The notes: generated by a model not told the origin, from the sequence alone. A stretch of 62,779 nt of DNA, filler included, from Stramenopiles sp. TOSAG23-3 (GCA_900128585.1; 8 parts of 8 records of this genome joined end to end with filler, not necessarily neighbours in it); one strand, 5' to 3'. Shown: positions 11,644-22,828, counted from the whole stretch's first letter. Made by a program: numbers and translations.

Positions 11644-12780
11644 ATGCCAAAAAAGAAAACTCCCAGGAACTCTTTGACAGAAGGAGTAGAGACGCAGGCG
11701 GAAAGAGCCTTTACGCCTTGCCGCAATTTAGGTACGCCGTGCGTGAAAAGTAGTCAACAACGAAAATCACACAAAAAGAAGACGACTCCCTTTTGTCCTC
11801 GAGTGATGGCGGTCCCGTTAAGGCCGGGAAAACGTGATTCCCAAAGTTTTGACGAAGATTACTTGAGCAATATAAATAGTAACATTGGTGCTCTGAGCGC
11901 TGTCATTGACAAGTGCGCGTCCATTCGGCTGAACTCAGCGAAAAAGGGGTCGCCGTCCTATGAGATGGAGAAAGAAAACGCTTTCTCCAACCGGTCTCCT
12001 AGCTTTCATCCCATCTCACGACGACGGGTGGTGGACTTGGAAGACTCACTGGGCAGGAGTCCTGCCATGGTGCGGAGTCGTTCAGAAGATTGCGGCCGTT
12101 CACCCCCATCGTTACGAGACATGAAGCGAAGGAGGACTCGTTCCAGCTCATTGACGGAGGTACTGTCAGAGCTAGGCGTGCTGGACGAAGAGTTTATCAA
12201 GCCGACGGCCCGGCTGTGCACCCAACTGGCAAAACGGGCCAAAAACATTGGGATCAAAGTCTTGGCCTTGGATTGGGACTGCACTGTCATCAAGTGCCAT
12301 ACGAGAGGTTCATGGTACGGAAGTGCGAACGATCTGGGTCACCACGTTCGGCCATTTTTTAAATACTTGATCAGGGTAGCTCCCAAGTTTGGGATCCACA
12401 TTGCAATCGTCACCTTCTCCGGCCAAACGTCGCTGGTTCAGGACGTCATGCAGAAGCTAACGACCTCTGAGTCCGACTTCAGCATCCGGTGTTGCGACGA
12501 TACCTGGGACGCCGTGGACGATGTCAAAACGACGTTCCCTTCCGCCGTCGAGAATGAAAACCATGACTTAGGAAAACTTCCTCACATAGCATCTGTTTTG
12601 GCAGAGTTGAACTCTTCCAAGAAGATGCGCGTTTCTCCCTCGAACACGTTATTAATAGACGATGATACCAACAATATCAAGATCGCCAATGACCACAACA
12701 TTCCTGCAATACATTTTGACGTTGAGGATCCCATGTCGTTGGCAAATGGAATGTGTGAGCTTTTTGAGAAATTAAGTTAA
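11644..12780 (+). CDS. HAD-superfamily hydrolase with disordered Ser/Arg-rich N-terminus
   Basis: Motif I LALDWDCT, motif II IAIVTFS, motif III GKLPH, motif IV LLIDDD. Confidence 0.8.
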   Translation: MPKKKTPRNSLTEGVETQAERAFTPCRNLGTPCVKSSQQRKSHKKKTTPFCPRVMAVPLRPGKRDSQSFDEDYLSNINSNIGALSAVIDKCASIRLNSAKKGSPSYEMEKENAFSNRSPSFHPISRRRVVDLEDSLGRSPAMVRSRSEDCGRSPPSLRDMKRRRTRSSSLTEVLSELGVLDEEFIKPTARLCTQLAKRAKNIGIKVLALDWDCTVIKCHTRGSWYGSANDLGHHVRPFFKYLIRVAPKFGIHIAIVTFSGQTSLVQDVMQKLTTSESDFSIRCCDDTWDAVDDVKTTFPSAVENENHDLGKLPHIASVLAELNSSKKMRVSPSNTLLIDDDTNNIKIANDHNIPAIHFDVEDPMSLANGMCELFEKLS

Positions 12781-13108
12781 TCAATTGCGTCTGAATACGA
12801 AGTTCAAACTAACTTATAGTGTTTAGGATAAAAACAAATTATATATGGTATGTTTTAAGTCAAAAAAGAAAAGAAAAAAGAAGGTAAAACCATTCAAGAA
12901 CCCAAACTCCTCCTTGTTCCAGAATAAAACGTATTATGATGATCATAATGAAGAGTTTAGGATAGTTTAGGATAATACCCAAATAGTGAATGTTAATTAA
13001 AAGTATATTATGTCTTAAAACATACTATATATTTTGTTTTGATTAGAGAAACACCCGTTTTTAACCCTCTAAACGTCTACCATATTTTATATTTCGATAA
13101 ACGTTTGT

Positions 13109-13151
13109 CATAGAGTCATTTTGTTGAGCTGACATAGAGTCATTTTGTTGA
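13109..13151. repeat. 19-bp direct repeat pair
   Basis: CATAGAGTCATTTTGTTGA at 13109-13127 and 13133-13151. Confidence 0.9.
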
Positions 13152-13730
13152 CATGGTTTTCCCTCGAAAACCTTTTTTCTTTCCTTTTGGTGGAATTTGC
13201 TGCTGACTTTTTGTACCAGTGCGTCAGGGTTTTATAAATTTCTTTGGACCATGTTCTTCCTGCATCCTATACGATCGAACTTTCTCTTTAGATGCTTTGT
13301 CAGAATGTTTATGGACTTGTTTGTAGTCTGCTCTACCTATGGTAGGTTTCGAGTGACTATTGGTCATCGCGTCGTTCTTTTTGAGGAAAAATGTTTTCTT
13401 TTCGGTTCTCCAACGACGAAAAAAGAAGTGGATTAAATCTTGGGATATCCACGGCTCCCAACAAGGTACAGCGCTTTGTCATAATACCATGCGTAATCTT
13501 GGGATTCTACGCGATTTTGGCATACGCCAAGTATATATGTATACAAATATTTGATGGGAACATCTTCATCCCTGTACCCTGTACAACAAAGTTTTCAGCG
13601 CAGAAGGTGTTGTTGTTATTAATTTCTGGCGGAAAATATCAGTCCCCCCCCCCATTATTATTAATTTCTTCTTCTTTCTTCTTCTTCTTTCTTCTTTCTT
13701 CTTTCTTCTTTCTTCTTTCTTCTTTCTTCT

Positions 13731-13830
13731 NNNNNNNNNNNNNNNNNNNNNNNNNNNNNNNNNNNNNNNNNNNNTTAATTAATTAANNNNNNNNNNNNNN
13801 NNNNNNNNNNNNNNNNNNNNNNNNNNNNNN
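13731..13830. other. Artificial contig spacer
   Basis: 44N-TTAATTAATTAA-44N, giving stops in all six frames. Confidence 0.99.
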
Positions 13831-15076
13831 GCGGCAACGCAGTCAAATTACAATTGCGCACAAATACCTTTCGCAACCCGGTCATCGTGTCTACCAGTGA
13901 ACTCGGCAATGCCACGAGCTTGTAATCATTCTTTATCTCCAAACTCGCACAATTGCACGTAGGCGTAAACAAACTCTTGCAGAATGGTATCTTGTTCACG
14001 CACCCTTTCTCCCACGTTATCGTGTCACAACCAGACGGGCGCATTGCCAAGTGGGCCACCGCTACCACGAAAAAGAAGACGCTAAACGCGCATGCACTAC
14101 CAGCTAGAACCAGCCGTGCACGCCGAGGGATTTTACTTTCTTGCTCCTGTGCCATTTTGACTGACTGAACCTCCCGAAACATGCTTGTTCTTTTCCGTTT
14201 CATGCTGAAAGATTGAAAGGACTGCTCTCGCAAAAGATGAGTGGCAGAACGGGACTTAATTACTTCCTCCAATATATCATCTAGTTTAAGCAGGATCGAA
14301 AATGTCGGCAACATGGTAATGGATAGCATTTCCGAGATCGACAGCGGGATATTGTATGCAAACCAAAGCACGCACAAAGGTATTGCCACGCTTAGAAAAT
14401 CAGCAATCACGTCTAGTTTTACCTGTCTGTCTCTACGCGCAGGTGTGTTTTTCCCCAGAACTGTCATCGCGGTATGGGCACTGTATGCCGACAGGCCAAA
14501 GGCGATACAGACGGTCCACTCCACTGGGAGGGAGCACAAATACACCGTTACCAAGTTTGCACACTGTTGCGCAGAATCAAAGAGTTCCGACGCATACAAT
14601 TTCCATAAAAACCACTGCCCGTTAATTTGAAAATTTTCGTACACCGTCTTGAAATTTACTGTTGCGATTTTGACCCGTTCGATGGCGGACATTGACCGTG
14701 TAAATCCATCTCTATTGTCTGGCTTCTCGCCTTGTTCTCGTTTTCTTCTCACTTCTTGCTGTTGATTTGTGAAGTCTGTGGCCAGTCTTTTCCAAAGCAA
14801 TAAAAACTTCAAAATTAGCATTACATAGAACCCTGCAAATAATACAAACAACCACACCCAACGCCGATGCCACGCCCGGAACGATTTTGTATACAAAAAC
14901 GTGATGTATATAAAGAGTCCAGCAATACACAGTGAAAATAACAGCACTAGCACCCCATCCCAGCCTACGTGGGTACAGAACGTCACCCGAACCTGTATTT
15001 CCCGTTTCTTACTGGATGGCGTGGCGGGGCCAAGGGCGGTCAACTGGATATCCTTTGAAGGTTTACGTGTATCCAT
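13831..15076 (-). CDS. Multi-pass membrane protein with Cys-rich cap and start of an LRR region (3'-truncated by contig end)
   Basis: About 6-7 hydrophobic segments, then C...CVNKIPFC...CNC, then LRR-like LVALPSSLVDTMTGLRKVFVRNCNLTALP. Confidence 0.8.
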
Positions 15077-15241
15077 AACCAGAAAAACAGCCCCTTCGAC
15101 ACGCTTTCAACAGGCAACTTGGCCTCCTACTGTAGTAAGTGTTTCCGACCGTTTTATGTTGTTATTTATACTGAACTAGAATTCTATGAAGAATGGTTAA
15201 TAATAATCTTTGTATTATCTATATAATAGTTGAATCTAATT
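15069..15241 (+). repeat. Dispersed repeat family B, copy 1 (~170 bp)
   Basis: Aligns end to end with 20900-21071 (CAGAAAAACAGCCCCTTCGAC.CGCTTTCAACAGGCAACTTGGCC ... TGAATCTAATT); followed by an A-run. Confidence 0.9.
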
Positions 15242-16463
15242 TATTAAAAAAAAGAAGAAGAAGAAGAAGGGATTACACATTACACCTTACACCACACCGT
15301 TTTATAATAGCTTATACCAAGTGGTAGGTAGCAAACTGCAAACTCTACTTTTGAATCCCAACAATTATCATTCGTATTGTTATAGTTCCTAGATACCTAT
15401 ATAATAAGTGTACTTGTGCAGGTTTTTGGCCAGAATGTTCTTACCGATTTTAGCCTCTTTTCGGAGCACCTCGGAAGTGCTCCAAACCCCCTTGTATTAC
15501 ATGTATATGTTAAAATTTCAAAAAATATGAAATAATTGTTATGTTCCTCTAATTAGGTTTTTTTTCAACTAAAACGCACGAAACTGTTGGGGAAACTTCG
15601 TAAGAATCATGCCTAAATGACAATTGTTTACCAGTTTTGTCATCCCCACGTAAGTTTTGGTACGATTTCACTTTAAACGTGAAATGGGCGGTTAAAATGG
15701 GCGATTTTGGGGTTCCATATGCGGGTTATAAGGTGTTTTCAAGTGGTTTTCCTGTTACAATTACTCAAAAATGGTTGCATTTGTCGCATTGTGGTGTTTG
15801 TGGGTGGATTCCCACTCTTTAATATCATGGTTAGGTCGCCTACTTCCATGGGTAGGTGTCAGATATATTTATAAAGGTGTAGTCGCAAAAACATTTGTGC
15901 CATCTCTCATCAGAATGCCTGTCCGGCTGGGCTCAGTCCCACTGGTTCCGGCAGCAAGTTAACTTGATGCTGTCGTTGCAATAGCCCCTTTAAAATATTG
16001 CAAATGTCATTCTGACGCAATAGTGTTTGAAAATTTTACATATGAATGGGACTGTAATAGGTTTGGCAGTGACTTTAGAAGTACAAATTATATTTTGGGG
16101 GACAGCTTGCACTGTGACCAAACCTTCCTATATTTTTTATATCGCTTTAATGATGATGTTCAATTGGTTGCATCTCTGTGGCGTATTTATTTCACCTGTC
16201 ATATTCTTAAAGATTCAGAATGAATTCCATGGATATAATATTATATTGAATGTTCTTCGCAACAAAGAAGAAGAAGAAGTAGAAGCAAGAAGGAGGAGAG
16301 TGTGGGTGTTGTGTGGTTGTTTCATTCTTCTTCTTTCTTCTTCTCTCCTATATATATATTTAAGGATTAAGGATTAAGGATGATTATGTGATAGTGAAAG
16401 AGAACATTATATAATAGGTAATACGTAATACATCTAATAGCATTGTTTTCACTTTCCGGGAGA

Positions 16464-16505
16464 GTTAGGATAGGGTTAGATTTAGGTTTAGGTTTAGGTT
16501 TAGGG
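16464..16505 (+). repeat. Interstitial telomere-like repeat (TTTAGG)4
   Basis: GTTAGGATAGGGTTAGA followed by TTTAGG TTTAGG TTTAGG TTTAGGG. Confidence 0.65.
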
Positions 16506-17027
16506 CTTGCTAGGAACTAGGAAGGAGGAGGGGCGAGGGCTGCTTCTTGCTTCTTGCTTCTTCTTTCTTCTTCTTTCTTCTTTTTAAAAAATGTTGAAGA
16601 AGAAGAAGTGATTGATGATGTCACTTTCTTGTTTCTTGGTATAATATTAGTTCCTTTCTTCTTTCTTTCTTTCTTCCTTTTTATTATTAAAAAAAAAAAT
16701 GTTGAAGAAGAAGAAGAAGAAGAAGGAGAAGAAGAAGAAGAAAAAAGAAGAAAAAAGGATTGCTTTTTCTTTCTTCTTCATTTTGTTCCTTGTTGTTGTT
16801 GTTCTTCCTTTGTTCCTCCTAGTTGTTATCATCGTCGTCGTCATTGTCGATCGTCGTCGTGTCTTCTTTTTTTTTCCTCTATCATTTTTTGACAACACGA
16901 TATGATGTGCCCCGTAAAAACATTCGAAAGCAAGAAAGAAAGACAGATCTCCATAAAACAGATTCTTCACAAATTATTGCACGACAAATCATTTTATTAT
17001 TTACTACTAAACTCACCACTTGAATAA

Positions 17028-19274
17028 ATGTTTAAAACCATGCACAATACTTTGCACAAGGGTCCCTGGACGCTTCTCATCATCATCGCCTGTGCCTTGC
17101 TCACCGCCGTCTTTGCCCACGGCGATCATGGTCACAGCCACGTTAACGATAATGTTGTACTAGATCCTGGAGAATGCAGATCGGATAATGAGTGTGCATA
17201 TAATGAAGAATGCTTCCTCGAAATGAATGTAGAAAAAGCAGTAGGCCTATGCGCCAAGCCAGTCTTCGACGAAGACGTGCTTATGATGCACTGCAAAAGC
17301 AGCAATGACTGCCCCTCGCAGTTTGAATGTGTCGGTACGTTTGACAAGACACGCGGAGTATGCCAGAAGAAGCATCAGCCTGGTCTCAGAGAGGTAGTGG
17401 TCAACGAAGAGTTTTATCTTGGCGAAGGCTCGACCGAAATTATCAGGACGGCAAAAAGGCCCGACTACGATGAATGGGACCTGGACGATGAGGACCCAGT
17501 AGAGGATCCAGAAACGACGTTAGCCGGTGATTTTACCATCAACCTGGGGGAAAAGGATGGGTTTCATGATGACCATTGCCCCATGGAAAATATTGTTCCG
17601 GTTGTTTTTGACGAACCCGTAGTAGATGGTGCTACTGATGACTCTGCAAACCCGATTTTTCCCCATAAAAGTAGGCAATTACGAAGCAGCGAACAGAAAC
17701 GCCTTGCTAAAATGTGCGCAGCAATTTCCGAAGCAGCAAAAGCATGGCAAAAAGACTGTAACGATCCCAAAGTGAGAGATTCTTACATAGAACAAAAGGT
17801 AAACAGGACGCTGAAAGTAGTTCATGTTGTTTTTTTGGACAAACACGGGAAATGGCCATCGAAATTAATGAACGGTTATAAAGCGGTAACCGTGGAAGAC
17901 ATTCAGCGCCAAACGGCCGAATTGAACCGCTATTACAAACCTACAGGAATACAATTTTCGGGGAAATTAATTACAGTAGTGGACGATGATGTGTACCACT
18001 CAAGAGTACTTTCAGCAACGGAGAATCCGATTGTGAAACAAACCGAGGATAATTTGGAGATGATACGGGAACTTCCAAATTTGAAACTTGACTACGCTGG
18101 AGGAGAGCTAAATGGTTTATACAACCGAGTACAAGTATACAACCCAGTGAAAAAAGGTGCCCTTATTAATTTTCATATTTTCAACCCTTCGTTGTCAAGC
18201 GGTAAGATTGAAATAGAATTTAGACAGTGCCCCTATCGACATGGTTTTAAATGCACTGAATCATGGAGAATTGCTGGGGTTTACTCGATAACTGGACAAC
18301 GCTATACTGTTCGTGCAATACGAGCGCCAACGAATGGATATTTGAGTTATGGATTTAGGGCAGATTTTAAAGCGGCTGTTGTCCCGACCATTGAGTCTGC
18401 AGACACCGGATATATGCAAGTCCCGGAAGTGGCGGAGAGATTGGGGCACAAGAATTACACAGATGCTTTCATTGTTGCATGGACTAAACAACACAAAGGC
18501 CAAAAATATAGAAGGAACGGTTTCGCCCATTTTCCAAAAGATGCGTACAGTGGTATGGTGATGATGGATCCCACCCGTGCCGCGAGCCCCTCAGACGATC
18601 CATCCTCGACAAACGATCCATCCTCGACGTTGCCTCACGAAATGGGGCACACCCTTGGCTTGTTTCACACACATGCTGGGCACACTGAGGTTATTACAGC
18701 TGATGAGAAACTTAAATGTGACTGTGGAGAGCACCCTGGGACTAGGAATAACATTCTAAATTACGTCGGTGACAATTGCGCAGACACCCCTGCAAACCCC
18801 AAAGGGAGTGGACGCGATTGCTACGCTGACTTCGATCACTGCGGCCATAAGGCGAAGAACGTGAAACTTGATAATCTCATGGCATACAGTAGTTGTCGAC
18901 ACAAGTTCACCCTGCAGCAAATTGGTAGAATGAAATGTTTCCTCTTCAATTCTAGAAAGCTGCAAGCAATCTCAGGCATGACTGGGGACCATGAACAAAT
19001 CAATTCGGACGGCACAGAAGAAGAGGGTACAGTAATAGTCAACACACGTACAGATGCCGTTTATGTTGTTGCAGGGGTAATCCTTCTCATGGGGGTAATT
19101 TTTGTCGCCATCAAAACTGTAAATACCAATACAGGACCTGGTGATGACGCGAACCAATACATAGTTTGGGTAGACCAGGTTCAAGTGGCAGTAGACACCG
19201 GGAATTCAAAAGCACCCGTGCATGCCTCCAGGAACACTTGGGCCGTAGGCACCACCCAGATTCCATCATCATAA
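17028..19274 (+). CDS. Membrane-anchored M43 (pappalysin/ulilysin-like) zinc metalloprotease
   Basis: Signal peptide, His-rich HGDHGHSH, two small Cys-rich modules, HEMGHTLGLFHTH, CADTP, Met-turn NLMAYS, FTLQQIGRM and a C-terminal TM helix. Confidence 0.88.
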   Translation: MFKTMHNTLHKGPWTLLIIIACALLTAVFAHGDHGHSHVNDNVVLDPGECRSDNECAYNEECFLEMNVEKAVGLCAKPVFDEDVLMMHCKSSNDCPSQFECVGTFDKTRGVCQKKHQPGLREVVVNEEFYLGEGSTEIIRTAKRPDYDEWDLDDEDPVEDPETTLAGDFTINLGEKDGFHDDHCPMENIVPVVFDEPVVDGATDDSANPIFPHKSRQLRSSEQKRLAKMCAAISEAAKAWQKDCNDPKVRDSYIEQKVNRTLKVVHVVFLDKHGKWPSKLMNGYKAVTVEDIQRQTAELNRYYKPTGIQFSGKLITVVDDDVYHSRVLSATENPIVKQTEDNLEMIRELPNLKLDYAGGELNGLYNRVQVYNPVKKGALINFHIFNPSLSSGKIEIEFRQCPYRHGFKCTESWRIAGVYSITGQRYTVRAIRAPTNGYLSYGFRADFKAAVVPTIESADTGYMQVPEVAERLGHKNYTDAFIVAWTKQHKGQKYRRNGFAHFPKDAYSGMVMMDPTRAASPSDDPSSTNDPSSTLPHEMGHTLGLFHTHAGHTEVITADEKLKCDCGEHPGTRNNILNYVGDNCADTPANPKGSGRDCYADFDHCGHKAKNVKLDNLMAYSSCRHKFTLQQIGRMKCFLFNSRKLQAISGMTGDHEQINSDGTEEEGTVIVNTRTDAVYVVAGVILLMGVIFVAIKTVNTNTGPGDDANQYIVWVDQVQVAVDTGNSKAPVHASRNTWAVGTTQIPSS

Positions 19275-19901
19275 TAAATTAATAATAATATTCTTCTTCT
19301 ATTTATCACGTTAAGGATTATTATGTAATGTAATATAGTATTAAGTAATATATATATAAAAATAAATGGATTAAATAAAATTATTATAAAATTCTTCCTT
19401 AAAGTTGGAGTTTGGCAATATTTTTTAAATTAAAAGAAGAATTAAATAATATATAAAAAAGAAAGAAAGAAAACGATGAAGAAAAAAAATCGAAATCGAT
19501 TATTAATTATTATTTTAATTTTGGTGCTGCTGTGGTGGTGAGCTGTGACATGTTTGTGTGTTGTGTTGTTGTTGGTTGTTGTTGTTGTTTGCAAGCAGTC
19601 GTCCTTCTTTTCATCAACCTTTCCATTCAAGATTCTTCCTTCTTCTTCCAGACAAATAATATATAATACGTCCTTCCTTTTTTAGATTTGGGAGCCGCTT
19701 CTTTTGTTCGATTTCTTTGGGGAAAGGGATATTGTTCCATACGAGGTTGAGAAGTATAACAATGAGATGTGATGCTATACTTGATTATGACCAGTATTGT
19801 TTATACCCTTTCTTTTGACGCGATACAAATTTGTTTAATAACACACTTTTAAGACAAGGAAAGCGGAGAAAGAGGTAAGGAAAAGAGGTAAGGAAAAGAG
19901 G

Positions 19902-20831
19902 ATGACGTGCAGTAAGCAACGAAACGCCGTCAACTGGTGTTTGCTGACATTGTCACTGTGCGTGGTGACGTTGCCGCTTTTCTGTGAAGCCGAAGCCTTA
20001 AATTGCACAAAAGGGTCTGTACTGCGACATGACCACGAAACTGCTGATTGTAATGGACCGAACCAAGGTGGGAACATTGGCAGTGAAGTCAAGTGCAAAA
20101 GGGCAGCCGAACACGATAAAAATTACGACGAGATTCTTCAATATGACGAAGAGAACCGCCTCCGGGACGCGGGTAAACCATTCGGGTGCCTTTACGACAC
20201 TGAAAAGAATGTTTACGTATTTAATGAATTGAATACAGGGTTAGGGCAATGCTCTTCTGAATTTCAGTGCGTATGCCAGGGGAAAACGTGTGCCGACTGC
20301 CCTGGTGGTGGGTCGACGACTGGTGAGGGGTCCAAGGCCCGTTGCAGCAACTCGGCGGCTCTCGGAGCTGCGGTTATTGTGCTTGTCGTTTTCATGCTGG
20401 CAATTATTTCGTGCTGTGTATTGGGTTGTTTTATTATGAAACGATCAGTGCGAAACAAGAATCTTGGACCACCGAAGGGGCAAAACGTTTATGGGCAACG
20501 CCCTCCCCAAGTTCTTTCTGGACAGCCAGTCCTAACAATGCAGCAAATGAACATGCAAAACAACGTTAATATGAGCATGATGCAGCCACAACCATATGCC
20601 ATGCAACAACAAAATATGCCAATGGCGGGACACGTGCCAACTGTTAGGCCTATGGTGCAAGCGGTTGTCGTTACCCCGAATTATGGAGGGCCCATGGCGC
20701 AGCCGAATGTTTTTCTCCCCAATCATGGAGTGCCTATGCCTATGGCGCAGCCGAATGTCCTAATCCCTAATCATGGAGGGGCGATGGCACAGCCGATCGT
20801 TGCCTCACAAAACAGAAACCCGCCCCAATGA
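19902..20831 (+). CDS. Single-pass surface protein: Cys-rich ectodomain, TM helix, Pro/Gln/Met-rich tail
   Basis: Signal peptide, PFGC...FN...CS...CVC ectodomain, TM followed by CC, MAQPNV-type repeats in the tail. Confidence 0.8.
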   Translation: MTCSKQRNAVNWCLLTLSLCVVTLPLFCEAEALNCTKGSVLRHDHETADCNGPNQGGNIGSEVKCKRAAEHDKNYDEILQYDEENRLRDAGKPFGCLYDTEKNVYVFNELNTGLGQCSSEFQCVCQGKTCADCPGGGSTTGEGSKARCSNSAALGAAVIVLVVFMLAIISCCVLGCFIMKRSVRNKNLGPPKGQNVYGQRPPQVLSGQPVLTMQQMNMQNNVNMSMMQPQPYAMQQQNMPMAGHVPTVRPMVQAVVVTPNYGGPMAQPNVFLPNHGVPMPMAQPNVLIPNHGGAMAQPIVASQNRNPPQ

Positions 20832-20899
20832 TGATTCTCAGTGGTATTCTTCGCAAACCGTTTTTGCAACGTCGACGCGCCTGGCTAACAAATTAAATG

Positions 20900-21071
20900 G
20901 TATCCAATAATCAGAAAAACAGCCCCTTCGACGCGCTTTCAACAGGCAACTTGGCCGGCTACTATAGTAAGAGTGTTCAGCCGTTTTATGTTGTTATTTT
21001 ACAATGAACCAGATTTCTATGTAGAATGGTTAATAAACTTTGTTATAAGGTAGGGATAACTGAATCTAATT
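20900..21071 (+). repeat. Dispersed repeat family B, copy 2
   Basis: Homologous to 15069-15241; lies between the 3' ends of two convergent genes. Confidence 0.9.
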
Positions 21072-21106
21072 AAGAATAGAGGGGGCGCTTGCCAATCAAT
21101 CCCCAT

Positions 21107-22828
21107 TTACAAATCGTCCTCGTTCAACAGGGTTTCCCCATCCGACGATGATTCGAAACGTTGCTTTTTGCTCTTCTTCTTGTCCTTTTTGGACTTTTTG
21201 CTTTTCTTTTCCTTTTTAACTTTCTTCTCTTTCTTTTCTTTCTTTGACTTTTTTGGTTTCTTGTCCTCTCCCTCACCATCATTGACTTTCTCAGCGGTAT
21301 TGCCGCCAACCCCGGGGAGCAATTCCTCCTCCACCGCGTAATGGTCCACGAATCCCTCCTCCCTGCCCTCAGCGTAGTGGTCGATGAACTCAGCGCTGTC
21401 GTCCAACCCACCAAAACCCATGTCCCCGGCCCCAGTCCCGGCCCCCTCGTCAAGAACAATGGTTCCTCCGTCCGCAGGGCTATCGTCGTCCAGGCTGACC
21501 CCCTCGCCGGCCCCTGTCTCCCACTCTTCAGGAACCTCAAGGTTTTCCAAAATCTCTGCCGCGGAACCTTTCAGCGTTGGCTGCGGGGTATTAAGAACAT
21601 CGGCCGTTTCTTCGTCCGAAAAGAACGCCCCGTCGTCGTCCCCGTCTTCTGCTATTTGAACGTTATCCAGGTATTTGTCTAAGTCTCCTCCGGCCCCGCT
21701 GGCCCCTTCGTCGTCGAAAAACGAATCCAACGCGTTCGACGACCCTTCGGTGCTGGGGACGAACTCATCGAACGAGTCCTGGGTACGGCTCGACAACGAA
21801 GCTGCCGAGGTTCCTATGTTCACCGGAGAGACCGTGCCACTCAATTGTTTCCTTATCTCGTCGCTTACTGCACCGCCACTACCCCCACCACCGCCACGTT
21901 TCCCCCCGCTGTTCTTCGCTGTGGAAATGTACGCGAGGTGGGAACCGTAGTTGCTTTCCTGAATGTACGTGTTGATTTCTTCCCGAGCGTTCATCCTCTC
22001 CTCCTGCGCCTTTTCCAGGCGCTCGCGCAGTATCTGCTCTTTAAGCGCAAGGAAGGGAAGGTTCAGGTAATTGTGCAACGTTTTGAGCCCATAACAATCT
22101 TTCATGCAGCATTCGAAGACGGAGGCCTCCAAGTGCGAGGCGGCGTTCCCAAGGCGCTGCATGTCAGACGGGTGTATCTTCACGGCCATCGGCGCGTTGT
22201 GAACAAGGTCTTTGAAATTGATCAGCACGACGCACATGACGTGCTGTGGGACGTTGGGAAGCTCTTGAATGACGTACTCGAGGGTGCCGGCCTTCGTCGG
22301 GTTTACAAGGAAGACCACCGCGGACGTCCCTTTGTACACGTCCACCATCCCTGCGTCCAACGATCCAACCCGGTGACTTCCAACTTGCGTCTTGGTCGAC
22401 TCCCACGTCGACGACGGGGAGACCGATCGTCGTATCGAATCGAACACGCTCGACGACGCCCCAAGCGGTGGCGTTTTATTGTACAGATCGTTCTTGTCCA
22501 CGATGGCCTTGTCGACTACGTCCCAGACCTCAAGCTTGACCACGTCGTCGGTTGCTTTGTAGCCCCACTGAATTTGTGCTACTTCAATTTCCTTCGTCGG
22601 GGCGTGGTTCACCTCGAACGGTTCATTCCGTAACCGTCTCATAAGGGACGTTTTCCCCGTTCCTCGCGCCCCTCGGACAATAATTTTCATATTGAATATT
22701 TTCCCTTGTTTTTGCGACAGACGCCGCTTCAAGGCATGGGGTGTTTCAGATATGGCACGTGGCCGACCCCCTTCAATAGGACTAGCGGACGGGGACGCAC
22801 CATCCACACCACTCTGTTTGTTCCCCAT
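21107..22828 (-). CDS. RABL6: Rab-like protein 6 (RBEL1/PARF)
   Basis: MKIIVRGARGTGKTS, IQWGYKATDDVVKLEVWDVVDK, YLNLPFL, acidic region and Lys-rich tail; MGNKQS is a possible myristoylation site. Confidence 0.9.
   Translation of the reverse strand: MGNKQSGVDGASPSASPIEGGRPRAISETPHALKRRLSQKQGKIFNMKIIVRGARGTGKTSLMRRLRNEPFEVNHAPTKEIEVAQIQWGYKATDDVVKLEVWDVVDKAIVDKNDLYNKTPPLGASSSVFDSIRRSVSPSSTWESTKTQVGSHRVGSLDAGMVDVYKGTSAVVFLVNPTKAGTLEYVIQELPNVPQHVMCVVLINFKDLVHNAPMAVKIHPSDMQRLGNAASHLEASVFECCMKDCYGLKTLHNYLNLPFLALKEQILRERLEKAQEERMNAREEINTYIQESNYGSHLAYISTAKNSGGKRGGGGGSGGAVSDEIRKQLSGTVSPVNIGTSAASLSSRTQDSFDEFVPSTEGSSNALDSFFDDEGASGAGGDLDKYLDNVQIAEDGDDDGAFFSDEETADVLNTPQPTLKGSAAEILENLEVPEEWETGAGEGVSLDDDSPADGGTIVLDEGAGTGAGDMGFGGLDDSAEFIDHYAEGREEGFVDHYAVEEELLPGVGGNTAEKVNDGEGEDKKPKKSKKEKKEKKVKKEKKSKKSKKDKKKSKKQRFESSSDGETLLNEDDL

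Noticed and set aside
13109..13151. Direct repeats as a CRISPR-like array (also 61682-61767)
   Set aside because: Only two units each, irregular spacing, eukaryotic context and no cas genes.
13775..13786. TTAATTAATTAA palindrome repeated seven times, and ORFs ending X...LIN
   Set aside because: Artificial six-frame stop spacer, not biological.
15455..15490. Helitron 3' terminus at the GGAGCAC/GTGCTCC hairpin
   Set aside because: No CTRR-T end at the expected distance in either orientation, and no second copy in the window.
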